From contig CAVVMW010000023.1 of assembly GCA_963749495.1 (NCBI GenBank), forward strand, positions 32,001 through 96,000: 64,000 nucleotides of DNA, written 5' to 3'. Of this stretch, positions 9,932-19,907 are shown in pieces. Origin of the DNA: an uncultured bacterium. GTDB lineage: Bacteria; Verrucomicrobiota; Verrucomicrobiia; Limisphaerales; UBA8199. Position 1 is the stretch's first letter. The number at the start of each line of letters is the position of its first letter. Below the pieces are notes generated by a model. It made no database searches, was not told the DNA's origin, and saw only the letters and a list, made by a program, of their open reading frames with translations. A program made the translations under genes and the position numbers.

Positions 9932-11886
9932 GCGGGCGAGCCGAAATCCCAATCGAAATTGACTTGCGGATCGAGCTGGCTCACGATGGCGCCGGTATTG
10001 CCGTCAAAGTAAGTTGCGTTCAGGCCGTTTCCGGTCCCCAATGCGGGCTGAGCGCCTGGTCCTTGGGCCACCGACTCGACCGTCACTTGGTCGAACGTGG
10101 CGGTTCCTGGAGTAGAATTGTCATGGCTGCTCACGGCGAGACCAACGAGGGCATTGCTGAGCGAATCGAACTGCTCGCTCGCTACCCATACCCAATTCGT
10201 GCCGTCGCTGGACTGGAATGCGCTTATTTGACTGCCGCTCCGCACCAACCGCAGCCAAACCGGGCCGGAGAAGGCCCCGCCATCGTCCAACGTCGTCTCA
10301 TCCGCGGGCTCCGGGCGGTACAGGCAACCCAGGCCATGTTCCGGCGTCACAGCCAGCATCATGTGGCGGGCGTCCGCGCCAAGCCCGTCTCGAATGATGA
10401 GGCCGGCCTTGGCCCACGGATCGGTATCCTGCTCGCTAAGCACGCGGGCGGTTATCTGCCCATCGCCAGCCAGCGGCTGGAAAACAAAGCAGCAACCGTC
10501 CTCGTTTGCCCAAATGTCAGCCCCAGCCCCGCTCACAGCCCAGGAGCCGTTTGAGACCTGCACCTGGCCTTCCACCCCGACCAGCCCAACGTCGGCCCGC
10601 GACCAACCCGGCGGGCACCCCTCGCTGCTGGCCGTGCCAGGTTGCGGAGCCAGTTCAGCCTGATACATCTGCTGGAGATCCTGCGGAGGCATGACGCTGG
10701 TCTTGGAATAAAGCTGGCTCTGCGGGATGATCTGCTGGGGTGTCGAGCGGCTGCTCCACAGCAGTTTCACCATCGCACCGCCCCGATTCTGGAAATAGTC
10801 CACGCGAAGCGCGTAATGCTTTCCTGCCTCGAGGTTCACCATGGCGCTGGATACTGACGCAGCGTGGTCATACCATTCGTCGATGAGCAGTTTCCCGTCC
10901 AGCCAAACCCTTGCCCGATCGTCGCTGACGACCTGCAGGGCATAGGGTTCGGTATATTGGGCCTGCAGCTCCCCGTCCCAACGCGCGCTCCACCAATAGG
11001 GGCCCACATTGGGCATGGGGGCCGCCAGCCCCCAATCGAAGAGAACAACCGGATCGATTCGGCAGGTGGCCGGGCCACTCTGGTCTCGGGTCGAAAAATA
11101 GCTGCCCACCAAGCCATCGCCGGCGCCCTGGGCGGCTGCCGCCGCAGGGGACCCCGAGGGAATCAACACCTGGATGCCCGAGAAGCGCGCCCGGCAGATC
11201 TGTGTGTCATCGTGGCTGGTGACAGCCAACCCAACATAAAATTGCTTATCGAAGTCGTGTTGGACGGTGCCCAGCCAGACCCACTGCTGGCCATCAGAGG
11301 AATGGTAGGCGGTCACAATTGCTCCCTGCTTGATGAGCTTCAGCCAGTGCGGGAAAGCCGCCCCGGTAATTGAGTCTTTGGCCGAATCGACACCCCCCGA
11401 ACCGCGCTGTTGATAGGTCTGCTTGCCGCCGACACTCACCAGGCGCATCGCCTGGTAGGCGTCGTCCTCGCTTGGGGCGCCCGCGCTGCTCCGCCGAATC
11501 AGGGTGACGCCTTTTTCGGGCGTGATGGCCAGCATCACATGTGGAGAGGCGTCATCGAGGGCGTTGCGCAGCATCAGACCGGCCTTCGCCCAAGGATCCG
11601 TCTTATCGACGCTCAAGACCGCCGCAACAATTTCCACATCCCCTTGCCACAGCACACTGGCATATTGGCACGCGTCGGCCGAGCCCCAGATGTCCGCGCC
11701 AGATCCGAAAAGGTCCACGCTATCGCCGCTGCCCGCCAGACGCCCGGCGGCCCCTGGTTTGCCTATGTCTTTGCTTTGCCAGGAGGGCGGCGGCTCCGCC
11801 GCCTTCACCGGAGCACGTGAACCCAGACACAGGGCCAAAGTAATCGCAGCCAAAGGAGCAGCAATCAATGAACACGCATGCTTCAT
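9932..11886 (-). pseudogene. 5' part of a large secreted protein (two ConA-like/DUF1349-like domains plus PA14), IS-interrupted
   Basis: Signal peptide; two repeats of GADIW..D...DPWAKAGL.R...VGLAV(T/S)SHD; PA14 motif WSARWDG...SDDRARVWLDG; truncated at the IS right end. Confidence 0.85.
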
Positions 11887-12107
11887 AAGGGGCCTCTGTT
11901 TCCAGCAGGGTCATCCTTCGCGAGCGCCTCGTCTCAGTTTTGCTTGAAGCCCCAAACCCCAAGCGCGCATACTTGCGTCCACTCAAGAGTGAGTCCGCTT
12001 AATTCCCCTGCTTCCATTTTCAGAGGCACCATGACAGAATGCGAGACTTGTCTGCAAGTCGCCTGCTCAGGCGTCACCTGCTCAGGCTAGATCGGAGGCA
12101 GAGCGGG

Positions 12108-12509
12108 TTAGAAAGCACGATGTGAGCGCCTCAGATCGAGGCGGCAACGCCCTCGAACCGGGCCAGAGCAAATCGGGGGCAACCCGTTTCTGGCCAACGC
12201 GGTCAGCGCCAGGACCTCCGCCACAATGCGCACGATCCACTGCACGCGTGAAGTCACTGCCAGTTTCTGGAACAGCCGCCGCATGTGAGCATGCACAGTG
12301 TGCCTGGACATGCCAAGATCACTGGCGATAGCGAAATCGGTGGAGTCGGCAAAAACGCCGCGCGTGATCTGCAACTCCCGGCGTGAAAGCCGGAGAGAGT
12401 GCGCCGCTTCCGTCCACGCCTGCTCGTTAATCACCGCGGCACCGTCGGATTCGGGCGCGAAACCCGCTGGAGGGCCTTTGTGCCCGTAGGACTTGGTTTG
12501 CGCGTGCAT
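12108..12509 (-). CDS. LuxR-type helix-turn-helix regulator
   Basis: LSRRELQITRGV...IASDLGMSRHTVHAHMRRLFQKLAVTSR fits the LuxR/GerE HTH pattern; start codon uncertain. Confidence 0.75.
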   Translation of the reverse strand: MHAQTKSYGHKGPPAGFAPESDGAAVINEQAWTEAAHSLRLSRRELQITRGVFADSTDFAIASDLGMSRHTVHAHMRRLFQKLAVTSRVQWIVRIVAEVLALTALARNGLPPICSGPVRGRCRLDLRRSHRAF

Positions 12510-12808
12510 TCGTGCCTTGGATCGGGGGTGTATTCTTGTCCTTTGAACCCGATGCCAACATTCTGAAACCACCGAAAATTCCCTTTCCCGACAATCGGTG
12601 TCCCTACCGTAAATAGGGTCGCGGATGCCCAGATCTTTCAAGAATCTTTGTTTAACTGGCCTTAGGACAGATTAGGTTGCGGTGGTCCGCGCGTCCTCCA
12701 GCCCTTTCTGCCAGAGGCCGGGCAAAGATGGTCGGCTCGTCGGCAGGTTTTTCCCGGGTGCGGGGCGGGGCAGGGGAGGGACCCGGCAAAAGCGGCGGCA
12801 TCTGGCTG

Positions 12809-12824
12809 TGGCATCCACATTGCT
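12809..12824 (+). promoter_or_regulatory. Sigma54 -24/-12 promoter of the flg operon
   Basis: TGGCAT-CCACA-TTGCT, ending 17 nt before the flgF ATG. Confidence 0.75.
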
Positions 12825-12841
12825 TCCAAACTGGACCGCGT

Positions 12842-13597
12842 ATGGACGTTAGCCTGTACCAAGCCGCCTCGGGCATGAATGCCAGCACACGCTGGCAGGA
12901 GGTCATTGCCGAGAACCTGGGCGCCTCGCAGGTGCCGGGGTTCAAGCGGCAGGACATCAGCTTCAGCGCCGTGCAGGCCGGATTCATGCCGCGCGCGCGC
13001 GGCGTTCAGCCCGGCCCGGCCCAGCGCTACCAAATGCCGCTGGCTGCGGCCAGCATCAATTTCCAGCCGGGCGAACTGCGCCCTACCGGGGTGAGCACCG
13101 ACCTGGCCATAGAAGGAGCCGGTTTTTTCGAGGTCCGGACGCCCAATGGGACGCGCGCCTACACGCGGGATGGTGAATTCCATCTCGATTCGCAGGGCCA
13201 ATTGGTCAATAAACAGGGCCTGGCGGTCATGTCGGAGACTGGACCGCTGCAGGCGGACCCCCAGAACACATCGCCGCTGAACGTGGCGGCCAACGGCGAG
13301 GTTTCCCAGGGCGGACAGAGTCTAGGCCGGATTAAGGTGGCTGGGTTCAACGACCTGCGGGTCCTTGTCCCTGCCGGGGCGGGTTGCTTTGTCCTGGCCG
13401 ACCCGGCCATCCAGCCGAGCACCTCGACGACGGCGACCCTCCACCAGGGTTTCCTGGAGAGCAGCAACGCCTCGTCGGTCCTGGAGATGGGCAACCTCAT
13501 CAGCGCCATGCGCCTCTATGAGGCCAACCAGAAGGTCGCGCAGATGGAGGATGACCGCCTGTCCAAACTCATCGGCAACGCAACCAACACGTCCTGA
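12842..13597 (+). CDS. flgF: Flagellar basal-body rod protein FlgF
   Basis: MDVSLYQAASGM...IAENL; TG..TDLAIEGAGFF; YTRDGEF; LESSN; lies before flgG. Confidence 0.85.
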   Translation: MDVSLYQAASGMNASTRWQEVIAENLGASQVPGFKRQDISFSAVQAGFMPRARGVQPGPAQRYQMPLAAASINFQPGELRPTGVSTDLAIEGAGFFEVRTPNGTRAYTRDGEFHLDSQGQLVNKQGLAVMSETGPLQADPQNTSPLNVAANGEVSQGGQSLGRIKVAGFNDLRVLVPAGAGCFVLADPAIQPSTSTTATLHQGFLESSNASSVLEMGNLISAMRLYEANQKVAQMEDDRLSKLIGNATNTS

Positions 13598-13665
13598 ACC
13601 GCCTGAGATGAAAAGAGCCCAAGCCACCAACCCCGACCGAGTGACCGACTGACTGACTGACTGAT

Positions 13666-14448
13666 ATGTTGCGCGCCCTGTATTCCGCGGCTGCCGGGAT
13701 GGAGTCCCAGCAGATGAACCTCGATGTCATCTCGAACAACCTGGCCAACGTCAACACGACCGGTTTCAAGAAGAGCAAGATCGAGTTCGAGGACCTGCTC
13801 TACCAGACCACCAAGGTGCCCGGTGCCGAGCAAGGCGCCGGCAACCTGCTCCCCACCGGCTTGCAGGTCGGCCATGGCTCGCGCGTGGTCGCCACGTCCC
13901 GCATCTTTACCACTGGCGAATTGACCCAGACCGGCGAGCAGCTCGATATGGCGATCAATGGCAACGGCTTCTTCGAGGTCCAAATGCCCGACGGCTCGAA
14001 GGGTTTCACCCGCGCCGGCTCGTTCAAGACCGCCTCGGACGGGCGCATCATGACCAGCGACGGCCTGCCGGTGCTGAGCGGCTTCCAGGCCGTGCCCGCC
14101 GGCACCACCAACGTCACCGTCGCCTCTACCGGGGACGTCACCTATACCACTGCCAGCGGCAACACCACCTTCCGCCTCCAGCTCACCCGCTTCCTCAACC
14201 CCAACGGCCTCCAGAGCCAAGGAGGCAATATCTACCTGGAAACCCCGGCCTCCGGCCCCCCCGAACTGGGCAGCCCGGGCGAAAACGGCTACGGCCAGAT
14301 CGAGCAGGGCCAGCTCGAAATGTCCAATGTCAAAGTCGTCGATGAAATGGTCGCGCTCATCATGGCCCAACGCGCCTACGAGGTCAATTCCAAGGCCGTC
14401 CAGGCCGCCGACGAAATGCTCCAGGAAGGCAACAACCTCAAACGCTGA
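13666..14448 (+). CDS. flgG: Flagellar basal-body rod protein FlgG
   Basis: MLRALYSAAAGM..QQ..DVISNNLANVNTTGFKK...LEMSNV.VVDEMV.LI.AQRAYE.NSK. Confidence 0.95.
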   Translation: MLRALYSAAAGMESQQMNLDVISNNLANVNTTGFKKSKIEFEDLLYQTTKVPGAEQGAGNLLPTGLQVGHGSRVVATSRIFTTGELTQTGEQLDMAINGNGFFEVQMPDGSKGFTRAGSFKTASDGRIMTSDGLPVLSGFQAVPAGTTNVTVASTGDVTYTTASGNTTFRLQLTRFLNPNGLQSQGGNIYLETPASGPPELGSPGENGYGQIEQGQLEMSNVKVVDEMVALIMAQRAYEVNSKAVQAADEMLQEGNNLKR

Positions 14449-15464
14449 TGAATCCCAGCATGAACTGCAAGGGACATAAGGGACGCAAGGGTGAGGAGGA
14501 CGCATCTCACATTTGTCGGCCCTCGGCAAGCCAGGCAATTGGAGCGCGGCGTTGGGAAGCCCGCAAGGTCCTGGAGTGCGCCAGTCCTCTGGCGCTTTCT
14601 CGTCCCCAGGGTCCGAAAAGCGGCAGCGGACTGCCGCAGTCCAAAACGCTTCGCGAGTTCGCACGCGCGCTTTGCGCTCCGGCCATGAGTTCCAGCCTCC
14701 GGGTTTTGGCGGTCCTGGCGCTGTTCTGTCTGACCTCGGGCTGTCCTATCCTCGCGGGCGATGTGCCGGAAAGCGCGGTCATCACGCCCGCCGCGACCAA
14801 CGCGCCGGCCAGCCCGGCGCCACGCCCGCCGCGCCGCCTGGAGGCGGACGAATTGCGCGACCTGCTCGCCGCGGCGTTGAACCAACTCACTGACGGGGGC
14901 GAATGGGAGTTGCACCTGGGCCGACCCTGGACCGCGGTCCTGGTGCCCGACGAACCGCTCAAGGTCCAGATTGTGGAGCCGGCCCTGAACCGCATCACCT
15001 CGTCCAGTGTCCTGCGCTTTGAAGTGCGCGCGGGCCGCCAGTTGGCCGGCTCCTGGCAGATGCCGGTCCAAGCCCGATTGTGGCGGGATGTCCTGGTGGC
15101 CCACGCGAACCTCCAGCGGGGATTGCCGCTCAAAGAGGCCCCCTTGATGCACGAGCGGCGCGACGTGCTGGCGCTGCGCGAGCCGCTGTGCGAACTGCCG
15201 GCCAATGCCGGCGCGCTTGAGGTGGGTGAAGGTGTTCCGGCCGGTTCGCCGCTGCTGGCCCGGGCCCTGCGCCTGCGCCCCGTGGTGCTCCGCGGGCAGA
15301 TCGCCGACGCGGTCGTTCGCGACGGCGCCATGCTGATCTCACTCAAGGTCGAAGTATTGGAGGAAGGGGTGCCCGGCCAGATGATCCGGGTGCGCAACTA
15401 TCAATCCCGCCGTGAGTTGCGGGGAAAGGTCCAGGATGAGCACACCATTGCCATTCCGCTCTGA
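14448..15464 (+). CDS. flgA: P-ring formation chaperone FlgA (alternative start 14685)
   Basis: SAF-like C-terminus VVLRGQ...EEG.PGQMIRVRN..S.R; located between flgG and flgH; the N-terminal extension is repeat-derived. Confidence 0.8.
   Translation: MNPSMNCKGHKGRKGEEDASHICRPSASQAIGARRWEARKVLECASPLALSRPQGPKSGSGLPQSKTLREFARALCAPAMSSSLRVLAVLALFCLTSGCPILAGDVPESAVITPAATNAPASPAPRPPRRLEADELRDLLAAALNQLTDGGEWELHLGRPWTAVLVPDEPLKVQIVEPALNRITSSSVLRFEVRAGRQLAGSWQMPVQARLWRDVLVAHANLQRGLPLKEAPLMHERRDVLALREPLCELPANAGALEVGEGVPAGSPLLARALRLRPVVLRGQIADAVVRDGAMLISLKVEVLEEGVPGQMIRVRNYQSRRELRGKVQDEHTIAIPL
14572..14643. repeat. REP-like doublet (ggagtgcgccagtcctctggcgc family)
   Basis: Two internally palindromic arms in inverted orientation; same family at 57920..57953 and 59990..60083. 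Confidence 0.85.
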
Positions 15465-15579
15465 GAGCCGGGGCCCCGGTGCCCAATGCGAGGATAGCCG
15501 CACACGGGAGGCTCGGGGGTCGAGGGGCGAGGGGCGAGGGGCGAGGGGCCGGAAGCGGGGACTGGGTTCGCGCGCCCGG

Positions 15580-16188
15580 ATGCGATTGGGCATAATCTGC
15601 GGACTGCTGCTCGCCTCCGCCGGGGCATGCCAGGCCGATTCATTGTGGCGGGACGGCCAGTCCAACCCGATGTTCTCGGACAAGCGGGCCAGCCGGCTCG
15701 GGGACATCGTCACGATCCTCGTCCAGGAAACCACCACCGCCACCAAGGACAACTCGACCACGACGACCAAGCAGTCGAGCGTGGATTCGGCCCTCGCCGC
15801 TTTCCTTTACAGCCCGGCGGCCAGCGGCCTGTTGACCAAGGGCGGCACCATGCCCTCACTCAAGTTCACCGGCAAGAGCGACTTCACCGGCGGCGGCACC
15901 ATCAACAACTCCCAAAATGTTGTCGCCAGCGTCGCCGTCCGCATCATTGACGTGCTGCCCAACCACAACTTCGTCATCGAGGGCACCCGCGACTGCTCCT
16001 TCTCCGGCGAGAAACAGACCGTCGTGTTGCGCGGCACCATCCGCCCGGACGACATCCAACCCAACAACACCATCTACAGCTACAACATCTCGGACGCCAC
16101 GATCAACATCATCTCCAAGGGCACCATTACCGATGCCCAGCGCAAAGGCTGGTTCCACAAGCTTTGGGACAAGTTCTCCCCGTTCTGA
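15580..16188 (+). CDS. flgH: Flagellar L-ring protein FlgH
   Basis: FSDKRA..GDIVTILVQE; V.DVLPN.N.VIEG; G.IRP.DI..NNTI.S; KGWF.KLWD..SPF. Confidence 0.9.
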   Translation: MRLGIICGLLLASAGACQADSLWRDGQSNPMFSDKRASRLGDIVTILVQETTTATKDNSTTTTKQSSVDSALAAFLYSPAASGLLTKGGTMPSLKFTGKSDFTGGGTINNSQNVVASVAVRIIDVLPNHNFVIEGTRDCSFSGEKQTVVLRGTIRPDDIQPNNTIYSYNISDATINIISKGTITDAQRKGWFHKLWDKFSPF

Positions 16189-16204
16189 TTCTGGGTGCCT
16201 GTAT

Positions 16205-17464
16205 ATGAGGCCATATAGACGCCGGTTCAGAAGCAGCCAGACAGCCGAGGGCCGAGGGCCGAGGGTCGAGGCCGGATACCTCCGCCTCTCGCCCTTCGCC
16301 TTTCGCCCCTGGCCCCTCGCCCCTGGCCCCTCGCCCCTGGTCCCTCGCCCCTTTCGGCGACGCTCCCGCATTCTCTGCCTGGTTCTGCTCCTGTGCTGTC
16401 TGTCCGCTCTTGGCGGTTCGGTGCGCGTCCGGGACCTCGTCCTGGTGGCCGGGGCCCGGGACAACCAACTGGTCGGCTACGGCCTGGTCGCGGGCCTGGC
16501 GGGTGACGGCGACAAAGACCCGATCTATACGAAGCAGACCCTTGCCAACATGCTGCAGCAATATGGAGTCAATGTTCAGTCTATGCTGATGCAGCTCTCG
16601 GCCAAGAACGTGGCCGTGGTGCTGGTGACGGCCGATATTCCGGCGTTTGTCAAGCCCGGCGCGCGGCTGGATGTGCAGGTCTCCTCGATGGGCGACGCCA
16701 AATCGCTGCAAGGGGGTGTGCTGCTGCAGACGCCGCTGGTTGGGGCGGACAAGGCCGTCTATGCGGTGGCCCAGGGGCCGCTGGCCATCGGCGGGTTCAG
16801 CGCCGGCCCGGGCGGCGGCGGCGGGGCCAACGTGACCAAGAACCATCCGACCGTCGGCACCATCATCGGCGGCGCCCTGGTCGAGCGCGAGATCCCGGCC
16901 ACCATCGTGCATGACAAATTGATCGAGCTGCTCTTGCGCGAGCCCAGTTTCGCCTCGGCCGCCCGCCTGGCCGAGGCCATCAACCAGTCCTTTACCAACT
17001 CCGCCCAGGCCATCGATTCCACTTCCGTGCGCGTCCGCCTGCCCGAGGGGCTGGAGGACCAACCGGTGGATTTCATCGCCCGGCTCCAGGCCATCGAGGT
17101 CACCCCCGATACCCCGGCGCGCATCATCATCAACGAACGCACCGGCACCATTGTCGCCACCTCCACCATCCGCATCTCCAACTGCGCCATCTCCCAGGGC
17201 AACCTCACCATCACCGTCGCCAGCACCCTGGAGGTCTCCCAGCCCAACCCCATGAGCAGCGGCGGCACCACCACCGTGACCCCGCGCACCGATACCAAAG
17301 TCAACGAGGCCAAGGCCAATATGGTCACCCTGCCCGAGTTGCCCACGGTCGAAAAAGTCGCCTCCTCCCTCAATGCGCTCGGGGTCACGCCCCGCGACAT
17401 GATGGCCATCTTCCAGGCCATGAAACAGGCCGGCGCCTTGCAGGCCGAGCTGATAATCCGGTGA
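16205..17464 (+). CDS. flgI: Flagellar P-ring protein FlgI
   Basis: RVRDL...GARDNQLVGYGLV.GL.G.GD; KNVAVV.VTA; GDAKSLQGG.LLQTPL; INERTGTIV; heptamer repeats in the N-terminus. Confidence 0.92.
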   Translation: MRPYRRRFRSSQTAEGRGPRVEAGYLRLSPFAFRPWPLAPGPSPLVPRPFRRRSRILCLVLLLCCLSALGGSVRVRDLVLVAGARDNQLVGYGLVAGLAGDGDKDPIYTKQTLANMLQQYGVNVQSMLMQLSAKNVAVVLVTADIPAFVKPGARLDVQVSSMGDAKSLQGGVLLQTPLVGADKAVYAVAQGPLAIGGFSAGPGGGGGANVTKNHPTVGTIIGGALVEREIPATIVHDKLIELLLREPSFASAARLAEAINQSFTNSAQAIDSTSVRVRLPEGLEDQPVDFIARLQAIEVTPDTPARIIINERTGTIVATSTIRISNCAISQGNLTITVASTLEVSQPNPMSSGGTTTVTPRTDTKVNEAKANMVTLPELPTVEKVASSLNALGVTPRDMMAIFQAMKQAGALQAELIIR

Positions 17465-17967
17465 TATGGACATCTCCGCCGCTCCAACCTCGCCGCGTGA
17501 AGGCCGATGACCTGCCGCTGGACCGCCTGGCCTCCAACTCCCACATTCCGGAGTCCGAGAAGATCGCAAGCGCCAGCCGCGCCTTCGAGGCCCTGCTCCT
17601 GCGGCAGGTCTTGCAGGAGGCGCAACGCCCGGTATTCAAATCCAAGTACGCCAGCGACTCGACCACCAGCGGGATTTACCGGGACCTGGTCACCGAGCAG
17701 TTGGCCGAGAGCATGTCCAAGTCCGGCAACCTGGGCCTGGCCCAGAGCCTGGCCTGCGGGTTGCAGCCCCGCCGTGCGGCCCCGGAAAAGTCAGGCAAGC
17801 CGGACAAGTCGGACAGGCCTGACGGGCCGGGCCGCTTGTCCGCCGCCAGCGAGCCGCTCCCAAGCCCCTCCGCCCCCCAGCCCTTGAGTTCCCCCAAAAT
17901 GAAGGACATGGCCGACCGCAAGGCAGGCGCTCCCCCTATTTTCCACCTGAAGACACACCATGACTGA
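17461..17967 (+). CDS. flgJ: FlgJ-like rod-binding protein without a muramidase domain
   Basis: ASRAFEALLLRQVL...IYRDL...LAE.MS..G.LGLA; follows flgI. Confidence 0.75.
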   Translation: MIWTSPPLQPRRVKADDLPLDRLASNSHIPESEKIASASRAFEALLLRQVLQEAQRPVFKSKYASDSTTSGIYRDLVTEQLAESMSKSGNLGLAQSLACGLQPRRAAPEKSGKPDKSDRPDGPGRLSAASEPLPSPSAPQPLSSPKMKDMADRKAGAPPIFHLKTHHD

Positions 17968-18451
17968 ATCGTTGAACAATTTTGTCGAGAGCTTGCGCGA
18001 AGAGCTCAAGCAATATGGCGAGTTGCTGGCCCTGTTGGATGTGCAGCAGGAGCAGGTCGCCCGGCGGTTGGCCGATGAGTTGCTGGCCACGGTCTCGGCC
18101 ATCCACGCCCAGGGCGAGGCGATCCAGGGGGCGCGCCATGAGCGGGCCCAGCGCCAGCGCGAGTTGGCGCAGTCGCTGGACCTGCCCTCGGACACGCGGG
18201 CGGGCGCGCTGGTGGCGCGGCTGCCTTTGGCCTATCGCCCGCTGGTCAACGCGCTCATCCAGGAGAACAACCACCTGCTGGGCCGTGTCCGGCAGCGGGC
18301 CCGTCAGAACCATCTTCTGCTGAGCCGCGCGGTCGATATGATGAGCCGGTTCATCAACTCCCTGTGCGCCGTCGGCGCGCCGACCTATAACCAGGCCGGC
18401 GCCATGGCCCACGCAGCACCCGGCTGCGCCCTCTACGAGGGCATCGGCTAA
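17960..18451 (+). CDS. flgN: Flagellar export chaperone FlgN
   Basis: 163-aa helical protein ending in a TY...G motif, directly before flgK. Confidence 0.7.
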   Translation: MTESLNNFVESLREELKQYGELLALLDVQQEQVARRLADELLATVSAIHAQGEAIQGARHERAQRQRELAQSLDLPSDTRAGALVARLPLAYRPLVNALIQENNHLLGRVRQRARQNHLLLSRAVDMMSRFINSLCAVGAPTYNQAGAMAHAAPGCALYEGIG

Positions 18452-18469
18452 TCCCAACCTTATCGAATT

Positions 18470-19888
18470 ATGCCTGGTCTCCTTGACAGCATTTATATTG
18501 GGTCGAGCGGGTTGCAAACGCAGCAGCAGGGCGTGGAACTCGCCGGCCAGAACCTGGCCAATGTCAACAACCCCGCCTATGCGCGCCAGCGGTTGGTGGT
18601 GCAGACCGCCACGCCGGTCCAAACCGGCATCGGCCCCCAGGGCACCGGCATCGAGGCGGTGGCCATCCAGCAGATACGCGACGCGATGCTGGACGGGCAG
18701 GTCCAGAACGAGGCCAGCATCACCTCCTTTGTCCAGGCCCAGCAGAGCGCCCTGCAGAGCGCGGAGGCCGGCGTAGGCGAGCAACTCCAGGGCAGCACGG
18801 CCACCTCCGATACCAGCTCCGTTGGCGCCACCGGCGGGCTGGACAGCGCCTTGAGCGATTTCTTCAACGCCTTCCAAAACCTCACCACCAACCCCGCCTC
18901 GACCTCCGCACGGCAGGCCGTCATCTCCCAGGCCCAGCAGGTTACATCCGGATTCAACCAGGTCAGTCAGCGCCTGGGCGCCCTCCACGACCAGCTCAAC
19001 CAGTCCGTCCAGACCGATGTCGGCAGCGCCAACCAACTCCTCTCGGACATCGCCGGGCTCAATCAGCAAATCGCGGTGGCGCAGGGTGCCTCCGGCGCGG
19101 CCAACGACCTCTGCGACCTGCGCCAGCAGAAGCTCGAGCAACTCGCCCAGTTGGTCAATTTCCAGACCGCCTCCGGCTCCAATGGCGCGGTCAACGTTAT
19201 CGTGGACGGGCACATCCTCGTCTCGAACAATGACGTGCAGGACACCCTTCAGGCCTACGACGCCGGCAACGGCCAGGTCCTGGTCCGCAGCGCCGCCTCC
19301 AACGCCCAGCTCACCCTCACGGGCGGCAGCATCCAGGGCGCCATCGACGCCCGCGACAATGCCCTGGGCTCGTTGCGCTCCGGCCTGGACACCCTCGCCT
19401 CCCAGCTCATCACCCAGGTCAATGCCGCCTATCAGAAGGGCTACGACCTCAACGGCGGCACCGGCGCCAGTTTCTTCACCGGCTCGACTGCGGCCGACAT
19501 CGGCGTCAACGCGGCCCTGGCAGGCGATCCGTCGAAATTGCAGGCGGCGGGCGTTGCCGGGGCCTCCGGCGACAACCAGGTGGCGGTCCAATTGGCGCAA
19601 TTGGGCGGTGCGCCCCAGGCGGCCCTGGGCAACCAAACCTTTTCAGGCAATTACAATGCCACGGTCACCGCGCTGGGGTCCGCCCTGGCGACGGTCAACG
19701 GCCAGGTGAGCGACCAGCAGGCAGTGCAGAACATGCTCCTCCAGCAGCGCAGCTCGGTGAGCGGGGTCTCGATCGACGAGGAGATGGCGGACCTGGTCAA
19801 ATTCCAGAGGGCCTACGAGGCCTCAGCCCACTTGCTCAGCACCGTCGACACGATGCTGGGCGATATCGTGAACCTCAAAACAACCTGA
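18470..19888 (+). CDS. flgK: Hook-associated protein FlgK
   Basis: GQNLANVNNPAYARQR; NDL.DLR; SVSGVSIDEEMADLVKFQRAYEASA. Confidence 0.95.
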   Translation: MPGLLDSIYIGSSGLQTQQQGVELAGQNLANVNNPAYARQRLVVQTATPVQTGIGPQGTGIEAVAIQQIRDAMLDGQVQNEASITSFVQAQQSALQSAEAGVGEQLQGSTATSDTSSVGATGGLDSALSDFFNAFQNLTTNPASTSARQAVISQAQQVTSGFNQVSQRLGALHDQLNQSVQTDVGSANQLLSDIAGLNQQIAVAQGASGAANDLCDLRQQKLEQLAQLVNFQTASGSNGAVNVIVDGHILVSNNDVQDTLQAYDAGNGQVLVRSAASNAQLTLTGGSIQGAIDARDNALGSLRSGLDTLASQLITQVNAAYQKGYDLNGGTGASFFTGSTAADIGVNAALAGDPSKLQAAGVAGASGDNQVAVQLAQLGGAPQAALGNQTFSGNYNATVTALGSALATVNGQVSDQQAVQNMLLQQRSSVSGVSIDEEMADLVKFQRAYEASAHLLSTVDTMLGDIVNLKTT

Positions 19889-19907
19889 TGAACTAACCTG
19901 ACCCGAT

